Shown here piece by piece: positions 1 through 9,845 of a stretch of 64,000 nt of DNA. Within the stretch, counting starts at the first letter, position 1, and the number at the start of each line of letters is the position of its first letter. Under the pieces are notes generated by a model that was given only the letters and a program-made list of their open reading frames with translations, was not told where the DNA came from and searched no databases. Source of the DNA: Candidatus Multivoradales bacterium (lineage in GTDB: Bacteria; Acidobacteriota; Thermoanaerobaculia; Multivoradales; JAHEKO01). The stretch is taken from NCBI GenBank assembly GCA_965223155.1, contig CBDCVR010000014.1, forward strand, positions 192,001-256,000. The letters run 5' to 3'. The translations under genes were made by a program, and so were the position numbers.

Positions 1-1
1 A

Positions 2-574
2 AACACGCTGTCCCGGCGCCGGCATCCCCGGCTCGAGGTCGATGCCGACGCCGTCGGCGAGCCGGTTGTAGTACGAAAACAAGCCCACGACCTGGATGAT
101 GTCGAGGATGGCACCGTCGTCGAATCCCGCCCCGCGCAGCTCTTCGACGTCGGTCTCCTCCACTGTCGCCGGCCTCAGCGTCAGCTTCTCGACAAAGGCC
201 AGCATGGAGCGGTCCGCAGACGTCAGCGCGGCTGAGTCGCCGCCGTACTTGGCCGCGTCCACTAGCTCGCTCGCGCCTGCCTGATCCTGAACCTCGGCCC
301 GGAGGTCCTCGCCGTGCGCCTCGGTTCAGTAGTGGCAATGGTTATGCCGCGAGACCACGGTGGCGATCAACTCGCGCCGCGCCCGAGACAGAGCGCTGTC
401 CTTCGAATGCATGACTTCCAGATAGAGCTGAGTCGATACCTTCAAGGCCCGCGGACGCAGGCTTTGCACCCGGATAATCTGGAACACCTTGCCGGCTCTG
501 CGCACCGCCGCGCCGTACAGACGGCCGAGCAGTCCGGTGGCCTCTTCGGGAGCCACGGTCCGTATCCACGCCAT
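2..574 (-). CDS. AhpD/CMD-family peroxidase-related protein, probable selenoprotein (CxxU); 3' end runs off the window edge
   Basis: Track ORF 326..574 stops at TGA (326-328) right after ELIATVVSRHNHCHY, where the second Cys of the AhpD CxxC is expected. The same frame stays open to base 2 and reads TEAHGEDLR...MLAFVEKLTLRP...LRGAGFDDGAILDIIQVVGLFSYYNRLADGVG, the typical C-terminal half of the family. Confidence 0.85.
289..308 (-). promoter_or_regulatory. Putative bacterial SECIS hairpin
   Basis: Minus strand reads GGACCTC-CGGGCC-GAGGTTC: 7-bp stem with one G-U pair, 6-nt loop with G at position 2, 24 nt between the UGA and the loop. Confidence 0.7.
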
Positions 575-695
575 GGTACCGGCATCGAACTACAACAGGT
601 CGAACCTGTCAAGGACGGGCTCCGCCATGCCAAGGATTGGCCGAGACACGACACCCGCTTGGCGCCGGAGCCGCGACGAGAGACAATCCGCGGCA

Positions 696-2000
696 ATGCG
701 CGAAGTCTTGGACGGGTACTTCGGCATCAGCCGAAGCGGCTCGACGTTCGGCACCGAGGTCCGGGCCGGCATCGTCACCTTCCTGACGATGGCCTACATC
801 CTTTTCGTCAATCCCCAGATCCTGTCCGAAGCGGGCATGCCCGCGACCGACGTGGCAGCAGCCACGGCACTGGCCGCCGCCTGCGCCTGCCTGGTCATGG
901 GGCTCGTTGCCCGCTACCCGTTCGCTCTGGCTCCGGGCATGGGCCTCAACGCCTACTTCACCTACGGCGTCGTCCACGGGCTGGGCGTCTCTTGGCAACT
1001 GGCTCTGACGGCCGTGTTCGTCGAGGGCCTGCTGTTTCTGGCCTTGGCGGTCACAGGCGCGCGTACCGCTCTCATGAACGCCGTGCCCCGAGCGATCCGA
1101 ATCGCCGCGATGGCCGGCATCGGTCTCTTCCTGGCCACCATCGGCCTGAGCGGCGCGGGCATCGTGGTCGATGACCCGGCGACTCTGGTCGCCTTGGGCG
1201 ACGTCTCACAGCCGGAGGTCTGGTTGGCGCTGGCGGGACTGGTGCTAATGACGGCGCTTCTGGCCTCGGGCTTCCGGGGCGCGCTCCTGGTGGGCATCGC
1301 CGCGGTGACCATCGCCTCCTGGCTCGGCGGGTGGGCGCCGGCGCCGGAGGCCCTTCTGAGCTGGCCCCGACTCCCGACCGAGACCTTCGCCGCCTTCGAT
1401 TGGTCCCATCTGCTGACCGGCAAGCTGGCACTCGTGGTCCTCGCGTTCCTTTTCGTCGATATCTTCGACACCGCCGGCACCCTGTTGGGCCTGGGCCGCT
1501 TGGGCGGCTTCCTGGACTCGGCCGGCGAGCTGCCCCGAGCCAATCGGGCCTTCGCCGCCGACGCCACGGGCACGGCGGTCGGAGCGCTCTTCGGTACCAG
1601 CACGGTGACGAGCTACGTTGAAAGCGCCAGTGGCATCGAGGAAGGCGGTAGGACCGGTCTCACCGCGGTGGTCGTGGGCCTTGCCTTCCTGGCCTCGATG
1701 TTCGCCACGCCGCTGGCGACGGCGGTGCCGGTGGCGGCCACCGCCCCGGCCCTGATCCTGGTCGGCGCGATGATGATGCGCGGTACCAACGCGATCGACT
1801 GGGACCGCTACGACGAAGCGATCCCGGCCTTCATTACCATGATCGTGATGCCGCTGACCTACTCGATCGCCAACGGCATTTGCTTTGGAATCGTCACGTA
1901 TGTGGTTCTCAAGATCCTGCGCGGCCGCTTCGGCGAACTTCGGCCGATGCTGGTGCTTCTCGCTCTCGCCATCGCCGCCTACTACGGACTCAGGGCGTAA
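696..2000 (+). CDS. NCS2/AzgA-family purine (adenine/guanine/hypoxanthine) permease
   Basis: TEVRAGIVTFLTMAYILFVNP, LAPGMGLNAYF, DIFDTAGT and TSYVESASGIEEGGRTGLT motifs; many TM helices. Start placed at ATG 696 (track ORF begins at 489). Confidence 0.93.
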   Translation: MREVLDGYFGISRSGSTFGTEVRAGIVTFLTMAYILFVNPQILSEAGMPATDVAAATALAAACACLVMGLVARYPFALAPGMGLNAYFTYGVVHGLGVSWQLALTAVFVEGLLFLALAVTGARTALMNAVPRAIRIAAMAGIGLFLATIGLSGAGIVVDDPATLVALGDVSQPEVWLALAGLVLMTALLASGFRGALLVGIAAVTIASWLGGWAPAPEALLSWPRLPTETFAAFDWSHLLTGKLALVVLAFLFVDIFDTAGTLLGLGRLGGFLDSAGELPRANRAFAADATGTAVGALFGTSTVTSYVESASGIEEGGRTGLTAVVVGLAFLASMFATPLATAVPVAATAPALILVGAMMMRGTNAIDWDRYDEAIPAFITMIVMPLTYSIANGICFGIVTYVVLKILRGRFGELRPMLVLLALAIAAYYGLRA

Positions 2001-2062
2001 GACTCGGGCAGATAGAATGCGCTGCAATATGCGTCTCCTGACCCGAACCCGAAGAAGCGATC

Positions 2063-3766
2063 GTGGACGTCCCTGAGCTCATCCGGCACGCCCGCGGCGA
2101 CGAGCCCGCCGACCTCCTCTTGGCCAACGGCCGGGTGGTCAACGTCCTGAGCGGCGAGGTCCACGAGACGGACATCGCCGTCGTCCGTACCCGCATCGTG
2201 GGCTTGGGAGGCTACCGCGCCAAGCGCACCGTAGATCTCGACGGCGCCTACGTCGCGCCCGGACTGATCGACGCCCACGTCCACGTCGAGAGCAGCCTCG
2301 TGCCGCCGGCCGAATTCGCCCGGGCGGTCGTGCCCAGCGGCACCACGACCGTGGTCACGGACCCGCACGAAATCGCCAACGTGCTGGGCCTCGACGGCAT
2401 TCGGTTCATGTTCGAGAGTGCCAAGCGGGGCCCCCTCAGCATGTACGTCATGGCCTCGTCCTGCGTGCCCGCCACCGACATGGAAACCAACGGCGCGACT
2501 CTCCGCTCCTACGATCTCGCATCCTTCCGAGCCGATCCCTGGGTGCTGGGCCTGGCCGAGGTGATGAACTTCCCGGGCGTCATCCACGGCGATCCGGAGG
2601 TCATGGAAAAGATTCGGGGGTTTTCGGATCTCGTCATCGACGGCCACTGCCCCGGACTCTCGGGCAAGGAGCTCGCCGCCTACGTCACGGCCGGTTGCGA
2701 GTCGGACCACGAGTGCACCTCCGTCGAAGAAGCCCTCGAAAAGCTCCGCTTGGGGTTGACCATCTTCATTCGGGAGGCCACCAACGCCCGCAACTTGAAG
2801 ACCCTGCTGCCGATGGTCACGGCCGAGAATCACCATCGCATCTGCTTCTGCACGGACGACCGGCAACCTGCCGATCTCCTCGACGAAGGCCACATCGACT
2901 TCATGGTGCGGACCGCCATCCAGGAGGGCATCGATCCGATCCAAGCCCTACGCATGGCGACCTGGAACACGGCGCAGTACTTCCGGCTTCGAGACCGGGG
3001 CGCCATCACCCCCGGACGGCGGGCCGACCTCATCGTCTTCGACGACTTGGAGGCGCCGCGGGCGAAGGCCGTCTATCGGGGCGGCCAGCTCGTGGCCGAG
3101 AACGGGGCGATGGCGGTGCCGACGCCCGAACGGCCGCCCTATCCGCTCCGCAACACCATGAACGTCAACTGGGAACGGGTCGATTTCGCGATCCCGGCCG
3201 AGGGCGAGGAAGTCCGGGTGATCGGCGTCGTCCCGGACCAACTGGTGACCAAGGCGTTGTCGGCGCGGCCGCCGATCCACGACGGCTGGGCGCTGGCCGA
3301 CCCGGAGCGGAATCTTCTCAAGATCGCGGTCATCGAACGCCACCGGTCCACTGGCGGCGTCGGCAAGGGTTTCGTCCAGGGCTTGGGTCTCCGCCGCGGC
3401 GCTCTGGCCACCTCGGTTGCGCACGACCACCACAATCTGATCGTGGTCGGCGCCGACGACTCTTCGATGTGGACGGCGGCGCGACGTACCGCTGATCTGG
3501 GTGGCGGCATGGTGGTCGCGGAGGGCGGCGAGGTACTGGCCGAGGTACCACTGCCTTATGCCGGCCTGATGAGCGACGAGCCCATCCAGGTCGTGCGGGA
3601 CCAACTGGACCGGGCCATCTCGGCAGCCCGCGGCCTGGGGTCGGAGCTTCACGATCCCTTCATGGCCCTGAGCTTCCTGGGCCTCGAAGTGATCCCGTCG
3701 CTCAAGCTGACCGATCACGGCCTGGTCGACGTCGACCGGTTCGAGATCGTGCCGCTTTGGGCATGA
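2063..3766 (+). CDS. ade: Adenine deaminase
   Basis: PGLIDAHVHVESS, DPHEIANV, LAEVMNFPG, SDHEC, IREAT, CTDD and SVAHDHHNL motifs. Confidence 0.95.
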   Translation: MDVPELIRHARGDEPADLLLANGRVVNVLSGEVHETDIAVVRTRIVGLGGYRAKRTVDLDGAYVAPGLIDAHVHVESSLVPPAEFARAVVPSGTTTVVTDPHEIANVLGLDGIRFMFESAKRGPLSMYVMASSCVPATDMETNGATLRSYDLASFRADPWVLGLAEVMNFPGVIHGDPEVMEKIRGFSDLVIDGHCPGLSGKELAAYVTAGCESDHECTSVEEALEKLRLGLTIFIREATNARNLKTLLPMVTAENHHRICFCTDDRQPADLLDEGHIDFMVRTAIQEGIDPIQALRMATWNTAQYFRLRDRGAITPGRRADLIVFDDLEAPRAKAVYRGGQLVAENGAMAVPTPERPPYPLRNTMNVNWERVDFAIPAEGEEVRVIGVVPDQLVTKALSARPPIHDGWALADPERNLLKIAVIERHRSTGGVGKGFVQGLGLRRGALATSVAHDHHNLIVVGADDSSMWTAARRTADLGGGMVVAEGGEVLAEVPLPYAGLMSDEPIQVVRDQLDRAISAARGLGSELHDPFMALSFLGLEVIPSLKLTDHGLVDVDRFEIVPLWA

Positions 3767-3833
3767 CCGACGAGCACGCGGTCTCAACGCCCGTGCCGCC
3801 CGCGCGCGGACCCGCACCCCGGCCCGGGCAGAC

Positions 3834-5852
3834 ATGACCAACCCGCCGCGCCTGATCGTGCGGGGCGAGCGCGTCCTGGTCGAGGACCGACTCCAGCCGG
3901 CCGCGATCGTCATCCAGGACGGCCGGATCGTCGGCGTCGAAGCCGGCAGCGAGAGCGCCGGGAGCTCAGGGAAGACCGAGGGACCGACCTGGCTCGACGC
4001 CGGGGATCTGGTCGTCTTCCCGGGCTTGGTCGATGCCCACGTCCACTGCAACGAACCGGGACGTACCGACTGGGAAGGGTTCGCCACCGCCACCCGAGCC
4101 GCGGCCGCCGGCGGCATCACGGCCCTGGTGGACATGCCTCTTAACGCCGTCCCCGCCACCACGACGGCAGCCGCGCTCCGCGCCAAGCTGGAAGCGGCGG
4201 CGAGTTCGGGCCTAACCGTCGACGTCGGGTTCTGGGGCGGCATCGTGCCCGGCAACCTCGAGCACCTCGGTCCCCTGGCCGCGGGCGGCGTCTTGGGGTT
4301 CAAGGCCTTCCTGGTGGACTCCGGCGTGCCCGAGTTTCCGGCCACCGGCTGGAGGGAGCTCGAGCGGGCCGCTCGGCGGCTTGCCGAGTTGGATCTGCCG
4401 CTCCTGGTCCACGCCGAGGATCCAGACGAGCTCCTGGATCCGCCGGCGGCCGTCGCCGACAGCACGGGCCGGGCCGACTACCGCGCCTATCTCGACTCCC
4501 GGCCGGCCTTCTCCGAGATCTCGGCCATCCGCGGTCTCCTGGCCCTGGCCGAGCGCACCGGGGTGAGGCTTCACGTCGTCCACCTGGCGGCACCCGAGGC
4601 CTTGAAGGAAGTTCAGGCGGCACAGCGGCGCGACGTCGCGGTCACGGTCGAGACTTGTCCGCACTACCTCACCTTCGCTGCCGAGGACGTTCCGGACGGC
4701 GGGGTCGTCTGGAAATGCGCGCCGCCGATTCGAGAGCGCAGCCACCGCGATGCCCTGCGTCGCGGACTTCTTGCCGACGCCATCGGTCTCGTCGGCAGCG
4801 ACCACTCGCCCGCCCCACCTGGCCGCAAGCGCATTGAAGAAGGAGACTTTTTCGCCGCCTGGGGCGGCATCGCCTCTCTTCAGCTCCTCCTGCCGGCGAC
4901 CTGGACGGCGATGCGTCCTCTCGGCTGTCCGCCCGAAGCCCTCGGTCGATGGCTCGCGGCCCGACCCGCGAGTCTGGCCGGTCTCGCCGACCGAAAGGGA
5001 ACGATCGCCGAGGGCCGTGACGCCGATCTCGTTTTCTGGAATCCGGACCGCAGCTTCGTGGTCGATGGCCAGCGGCTGGAGCATCGCCATCCGGCGACGC
5101 CCTACGAAGGCACCACCCTGTACGGGGTGGTCGAGCGAACCCTGGTGCGGGGCCGTACCGTCTTCGGAGACGGATCGCCGCGGCCTGCGACGGAGCCCGG
5201 GATCGAACCCACCCGTCACGGACGCGTCCTCCTCGGCAGGACGGCGCTCGAAGACCCGGCTGGCCCCGCCGAGACCGCCACCGGAGCTCCCGGGCCGAGT
5301 CTCCAACGTGCCTCTGAACACGAGTCCGAGCCCCGAGACGCATCGAGTTCCGTGCCAGCCTGTATCGATCTCGCCGTCTTCAACCGGCTCGATCCGGAGA
5401 CGGCGAAAGCCGGCCTCCTATTCTGCTGCGGCAGCACCCGCTGGGCACAAGCAATGAGTGACCGCCGTCCCTATGCCGACCTTCAAGACCTGCGGGATGC
5501 GGCCGATACCGTGTGGCGATCGCTCGATCCAGCTGACTGGCTGGAGGCCTTCGCCGCCCACCCCCGCATCGGCGAGCGGCCGTCCGGCGGCGCCGGTTGG
5601 TCTCGGGCCGAGCAGGCCGGAGCGCTGACGGCGGGCGAAGTCGTCCGGCAGCGCCTGGAGAGCGTCAACCGCGAATACGAGGACCACTTCGGCCACGTCT
5701 TTCTCATCTGCGCGACCGGCCGGAGCGGCAAGGAAATGCTGGCAGAGGCCGAGCGCAGGCTGGCGAACCCACCCGAAGAAGAGCTTGCCGCCGCCGCTCG
5801 AGAACAAAGTAAGATCACGGCCCTGAGACTCGAGAAGTGGATTCGGAAATGA
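3834..5852 (+). CDS. allB: Allantoinase fused to C-terminal OHCU decarboxylase (AllB-UraD)
   Basis: N-part: DAHVHCNEPGRTDWEGF, DMPLN, GFKAFL, ETCPHYL, KCAPPIR, SDHSP, AWGGIASLQ. C-part from about 5360: CCGSTRW, EAFAAHPRIG, SRAEQ, FGHVFLICATG, EQSKITALRL. Confidence 0.9.
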   Translation: MTNPPRLIVRGERVLVEDRLQPAAIVIQDGRIVGVEAGSESAGSSGKTEGPTWLDAGDLVVFPGLVDAHVHCNEPGRTDWEGFATATRAAAAGGITALVDMPLNAVPATTTAAALRAKLEAAASSGLTVDVGFWGGIVPGNLEHLGPLAAGGVLGFKAFLVDSGVPEFPATGWRELERAARRLAELDLPLLVHAEDPDELLDPPAAVADSTGRADYRAYLDSRPAFSEISAIRGLLALAERTGVRLHVVHLAAPEALKEVQAAQRRDVAVTVETCPHYLTFAAEDVPDGGVVWKCAPPIRERSHRDALRRGLLADAIGLVGSDHSPAPPGRKRIEEGDFFAAWGGIASLQLLLPATWTAMRPLGCPPEALGRWLAARPASLAGLADRKGTIAEGRDADLVFWNPDRSFVVDGQRLEHRHPATPYEGTTLYGVVERTLVRGRTVFGDGSPRPATEPGIEPTRHGRVLLGRTALEDPAGPAETATGAPGPSLQRASEHESEPRDASSSVPACIDLAVFNRLDPETAKAGLLFCCGSTRWAQAMSDRRPYADLQDLRDAADTVWRSLDPADWLEAFAAHPRIGERPSGGAGWSRAEQAGALTAGEVVRQRLESVNREYEDHFGHVFLICATGRSGKEMLAEAERRLANPPEEELAAAAREQSKITALRLEKWIRK

Positions 5853-6193
5853 GCGCAATCACCACCCACGTTCTGGACACACAAGCGGGACGTCCCGCCG
5901 AGGGCATCGGCGTCGTTCTCGAGCTGCGCTCCAAGGATGAGCAGTGGCGCATCTTGGGGCGGGGCCGGACCGACGAGGACGGCCGCGTCGGCGATCTTCT
6001 GGCGCCGGACACTCCATTGCGTCCGGCCATCTACCGGCTGACCTTTGCCGTCTCCACGTACTTCGAGGAGCGGCAGGTTCCCGCCTTCTACCCTCAGATC
6101 GTCATCACCTTCCGGGTCCAGCAGCCGACCGAGCACTACCATGTGCCGGTCTTGCTGAGCCCGTTCGGCTACACGACCTATCGCGGTTCCTAG
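5849..6193 (+). CDS. uraH: 5-hydroxyisourate hydrolase (transthyretin-like)
   Basis: ITTHVLDT..GRPA, HYHVPVLLSP and C-terminal YRGS signature; ATGA overlap with the upstream gene. Confidence 0.96.
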   Translation: MSAITTHVLDTQAGRPAEGIGVVLELRSKDEQWRILGRGRTDEDGRVGDLLAPDTPLRPAIYRLTFAVSTYFEERQVPAFYPQIVITFRVQQPTEHYHVPVLLSPFGYTTYRGS

Positions 6194-7065
6194 GAGCTTG
6201 GCGAAAGACCCGAGCCGGCGTCGGACGCGAACCCTTCTAAGGCCAGGCGCCGGACCACCCGTTCGAGCGCGAAGCGCCGGTACTCGGCCGTCGAGCGAAC
6301 GTCGTCGATGGGCGTCACCTGGGCCGCCGCTTGCCACCCCAGCCAGGTCGCGGTTTCCTTGGTAGCTGGGCGGCCTAGGGCTTCCTGACCGATCGCCCCG
6401 AACAGAACGGGCACCGGAGCCACGCTGCCCGCCGCCAGCCGAAGCTCGGCGACCCGGCCGTCCTCGACCCGGCTCACAAGCGCCACGACCACCTTGCTGA
6501 TGGCCTGGGCCAACCGTGTGCCGACCTTGCGGAAGAGCTGGCGCGAACCCTCGGCCTGGGCCGGCAAGTGGAAGGCTCGCACCAGCTCTCCCGGGCGCAA
6601 GGCGGTCTCTCGATACCCGACGTGAAAGTCGCTGTACTCGATCGCCCGCTCGCCGCCCGGGCCGGCAACCAGCACCCGCGCGCTCAGCGCCAGCAGTACC
6701 GGCAAGGAATCGCCCGCCGGCGAGGCGTTGACGACGTTGCCTCCCAGGGTCGCGCGGTTCTGGATCTGCCAGCCGCCAATCGAGGCCGCCGCTCGGGCCA
6801 AGGCCGGCGCGTGGCGCAGCACCGCTGCCGAGCCGCGAATCTCAGTGAACGTGGTGCCGGCCCCGATCTCGAGGCCCTCGCGGGACTCGGTGACGCCTCG
6901 CAGCTCGGCGATGCCGGAAAGATCCAACACCCCTCCCACGGTTCCGGAGCGGGCCGCCTCCTGCACCATCAGATCGGTGCAGCCGGCCAGCGGGGTCAGC
7001 TCGGGATCCGTGGCCAGCGCGCTCACGGCCTCGGCGAGCGTCCGCGGCGCAAGTGCGGTCCTCAA
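6190..7065 (-). CDS. Xanthine dehydrogenase-family FAD-binding subunit
   Basis: LAGCTDL, IGGWQIQNRATLGGNVVNASPAGD and PIDDVRSTAEYR motifs. TTG start at 7065 behind GGAGG, overlapping the stop of the 2Fe-2S gene. Confidence 0.9.
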   Translation of the reverse strand: MRTALAPRTLAEAVSALATDPELTPLAGCTDLMVQEAARSGTVGGVLDLSGIAELRGVTESREGLEIGAGTTFTEIRGSAAVLRHAPALARAAASIGGWQIQNRATLGGNVVNASPAGDSLPVLLALSARVLVAGPGGERAIEYSDFHVGYRETALRPGELVRAFHLPAQAEGSRQLFRKVGTRLAQAISKVVVALVSRVEDGRVAELRLAAGSVAPVPVLFGAIGQEALGRPATKETATWLGWQAAAQVTPIDDVRSTAEYRRFALERVVRRLALEGFASDAGSGLSPSS

Positions 7066-7517
7066 ACCTCCTCTTCCTCCTTCACGACCAGACATCGGTA
7101 GATCCCTTCGTAGCCCGTGCACCGGCACAGGTTGCCAGCGAGCTTGTCCTGGACCTCTTCGCGGCTGAGCCGGGGCTGGTCTTGGAGAAGAGCGTGAGCG
7201 GTGACCACGATCCCCGGCGTGCAGGCGCCGCACTGCACTCCGCCTGTCTCGACGAAGCGGCGCAGGAACTCGTCGGCCTCGGGACCCAGGCCCTCGACCG
7301 TGGTGATGCGGCGCCCGGCGCACTGCATCAGCGGAATCAGACAGGCCAGCTCCGGCCGACCGTCGACGAGCACAGTGCAGGCTCCGCATTCGCCCTCGCC
7401 ACACCCTTCTTTGGTGCCGGTAAGGCCCAGCTCTTCGCGTAGCACGTCCAGCAAACGCGCCAGGGGCTCGCCTTCGACCGAATGCGAACGGCCATTGACG
7501 TCCAGGGTGAGCTCCAT
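7062..7517 (-). CDS. Xanthine dehydrogenase-family 2x[2Fe-2S] subunit
   Basis: GTKEGCGEGECGACTV, QCGACTPG and NLCRCTGY motifs. Confidence 0.95.
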   Translation of the reverse strand: MELTLDVNGRSHSVEGEPLARLLDVLREELGLTGTKEGCGEGECGACTVLVDGRPELACLIPLMQCAGRRITTVEGLGPEADEFLRRFVETGGVQCGACTPGIVVTAHALLQDQPRLSREEVQDKLAGNLCRCTGYEGIYRCLVVKEEEEV

Positions 7518-9785
7518 CTAGCCGCCTCCCCGCGCCGCCGTCCAGGCGCTTTGAATCCTCTCGGGTGTTGCCGGAATCTCGTCCACGGAGACGCCGACAG
7601 CGTTCTGAATCGCCGCCACGGCCGCCGGGGCACCGCCGTCCATGGGTAGCTCGCCGACTCCTTTGGCACCGAAGGGCCCGTCCGGGTAGCCCAGCTCGAG
7701 CAGCTCGACGTCGATTCTGGGGCTGTCCTTGAAGGTCGGGATGATGTAGGTGGTCAGGCGGTCGTTGAGGTAGCGGCCAGACTCGAGCTTCATCTCTTCC
7801 AGCAGGCCATAGCCGAGGGCTTGCAGAGTACCGCCCTCGATCTGGCCCCGGCACAGGACGGGATGAATCGCCTTCCCGACCTCGGCCACCACGGTCGCCC
7901 GCTCCGGACGCACCTCGAAGGTGTCCTCGTCGACCTCGACCTCGACCACCGCCGCGGCCCAGGAGTAGGTCGGGTACGCGTCCCCCCGGTAGCTCTCCTC
8001 GTCAAACTGCTGCCACTCCGGAGGCTCGTAGCGCACCGTCGTCTCGAGGTCTCCACGGTCGGCGAAGCATCGCCGGGCGATTTCCTGAAAACTGGCATCC
8101 CCGTCCTCTCCGACCCGCACCCTGCCGTCCTCGATCCTGGCCTCTCCCCCACCGGCGCGCTCGCCGTGCCAGGCCAAAACCTTGCCGACGAGCTCGGCCG
8201 CCGCCTTGGCAATCGTGCCGCCCACGACCATGGTCGCGCGCGATGCCACCGTGGGGCCGGAGTCGGGAACCACCCCGGTGTCGGGCTCCACGAACTCGAA
8301 CTCCGCCGATCCCAGACCGGTCGCTTCCTGCGCGATCTGCGGGAAGATGGCCGCGCAGCCCTGGCCCATCTCGGTCATCGAAGTCAGCACCTGGATGCGG
8401 CCATCGGAACCGAGCCGAGCGATCACCGGTGAGCGCATGCGGCGTTCGCCGTTGCCGGTAAATCCGGCGCCGTGGAAAGAGAGTGACAGGCCGAGGCCCG
8501 ATCTCAGCGGATCGTCCTCCCCAGCGGAAGATCCGTCCCGGGCCGCCTCGTTGGCCTGCCACCGGCGGCGGAAATCCGTGGTCTCGGCGACCCGCTCCAG
8601 GCAATCGAGCGCGGCGGTAGTGTCGTCCAAGACCTGCCCGGTGGGCAACCGGTCTCCGGGCCGGAGCGCATTGCGCCGCCGCAGAGTCAGGGGATCGACT
8701 TCCACCGCCCGTGCGATCCGGTCCATGTGGCGCTCCATGGCGAACTGCACTTGCGGAGCACCGAAGCCTCGGAAGGCGCCGTTGGGCGCGGTGTTGGTCC
8801 GCACCACCCGCCCCCGCACGCGGACGTTGGCGCAGCGATACGCGCCGGTGGCGTGCAGAACCGCCCGCGACAACACCACCGGCGACAGCGTCAGGAAAGC
8901 TCCCCCATCCAGCTCGACGTCCACGTCGAGGGCCAGCAGCGTGCCGTCGGCTGCGACTCCCGAGCGATGCCGGATCCGCGCCGGATGGCGCTTGGTCGTC
9001 GCCACGATGTCCTCGTGCCGGTCGTAGGCGATCCGCACCGGCCGGCCGGCGGCGCGCGCCAGCAAGGCGGCGTGGAGCGCGACCATGCTGGGATAGTCCT
9101 CCTTGCCGCCGAAGCCCCCGCCGACCGCGGTGGCCCGGACGCGGACGCGCTCGGCAGGCAGGCCCAGAGCGTGCTTGAGGGATTTCTCGACGTAGTAGGG
9201 ACACTGCATCGAGCCCGCTACGTACAGGCTCTCGTCCTCCATCCAGGCGGTGACCACGTTGGGCTCGATGTAGATGTGCTCCTGGTGGCCGCAGCCGTAC
9301 GAGCCCTCGACCCGGCGGGGCGCGGCGGCAAGCGCCGCGTCGACGTCACCGCTGTCCAGCGACAGCTCGGACAGAAGATCGCCGGGATCGGCCTCGGCGA
9401 GCGTCGTCGCCGCCGGCAGCTCGCGGTAGGAAACCTCGACCCGCTCCGCCAGCTCCCGCGCCTCGGCCCGGCTGGGCGCCGCCACCAGTGCCACCGCCTG
9501 CCCGACGTGCTCGACCCGGTCCCGCGCCAGAATCGGCCAACTGTCGTCTAGAAGCTGCACGCCATTGGGGCCAGGGAGGTCCGCCTCGGTGAGCAGGTAC
9601 CGACCGTCCTCCAGATCGGGTCCGGCGATGCCCAGGATCTCGGCCCGAGCGTGGGCACTGCGGACCGTCGCCCCGTAGAGCATCCCGGGAACCACGAAAT
9701 CGTCTCCGTACCGGGCCCGGCCACGGACTTTCGGGTCCCCGTCCGGACGAGGTGGGCTGGTTCCGACGACGTGGGTTTCGAGCAT
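7518..9785 (-). CDS. Xanthine dehydrogenase-family molybdopterin-binding subunit
   Basis: GGGFGGKE, AFRGFGAPQ, EMGQG, GQIEGG and GAKGVGE (catalytic Glu). Start is ATG 9785 or 9815. Purine substrate inferred from context. Confidence 0.92.
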   Translation of the reverse strand: MLETHVVGTSPPRPDGDPKVRGRARYGDDFVVPGMLYGATVRSAHARAEILGIAGPDLEDGRYLLTEADLPGPNGVQLLDDSWPILARDRVEHVGQAVALVAAPSRAEARELAERVEVSYRELPAATTLAEADPGDLLSELSLDSGDVDAALAAAPRRVEGSYGCGHQEHIYIEPNVVTAWMEDESLYVAGSMQCPYYVEKSLKHALGLPAERVRVRATAVGGGFGGKEDYPSMVALHAALLARAAGRPVRIAYDRHEDIVATTKRHPARIRHRSGVAADGTLLALDVDVELDGGAFLTLSPVVLSRAVLHATGAYRCANVRVRGRVVRTNTAPNGAFRGFGAPQVQFAMERHMDRIARAVEVDPLTLRRRNALRPGDRLPTGQVLDDTTAALDCLERVAETTDFRRRWQANEAARDGSSAGEDDPLRSGLGLSLSFHGAGFTGNGERRMRSPVIARLGSDGRIQVLTSMTEMGQGCAAIFPQIAQEATGLGSAEFEFVEPDTGVVPDSGPTVASRATMVVGGTIAKAAAELVGKVLAWHGERAGGGEARIEDGRVRVGEDGDASFQEIARRCFADRGDLETTVRYEPPEWQQFDEESYRGDAYPTYSWAAAVVEVEVDEDTFEVRPERATVVAEVGKAIHPVLCRGQIEGGTLQALGYGLLEEMKLESGRYLNDRLTTYIIPTFKDSPRIDVELLELGYPDGPFGAKGVGELPMDGGAPAAVAAIQNAVGVSVDEIPATPERIQSAWTAARGGG

Positions 9786-9845
9786 CGGGCGTTCGCCGGG
9801 GATGATAACGCGCAAGGGACCGCTTCGCGGTAGACTCCGAGAAAC

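Noticed and set aside
326-574. 82-aa stand-alone ORF or nonsense pseudogene
   Set aside because: Better explained as Sec read-through, given the TGA at the Cys column, the open downstream frame and the hairpin.
575-695. Purine riboswitch upstream of the permease
   Set aside because: No recognisable aptamer core; only a short inverted repeat.
7066-7854. N-terminal extension of the FAD subunit in the ORF track
   Set aside because: Overlaps the 2Fe-2S and Mo-subunit genes; a TTG start with GGAGG at 7065 fits better.
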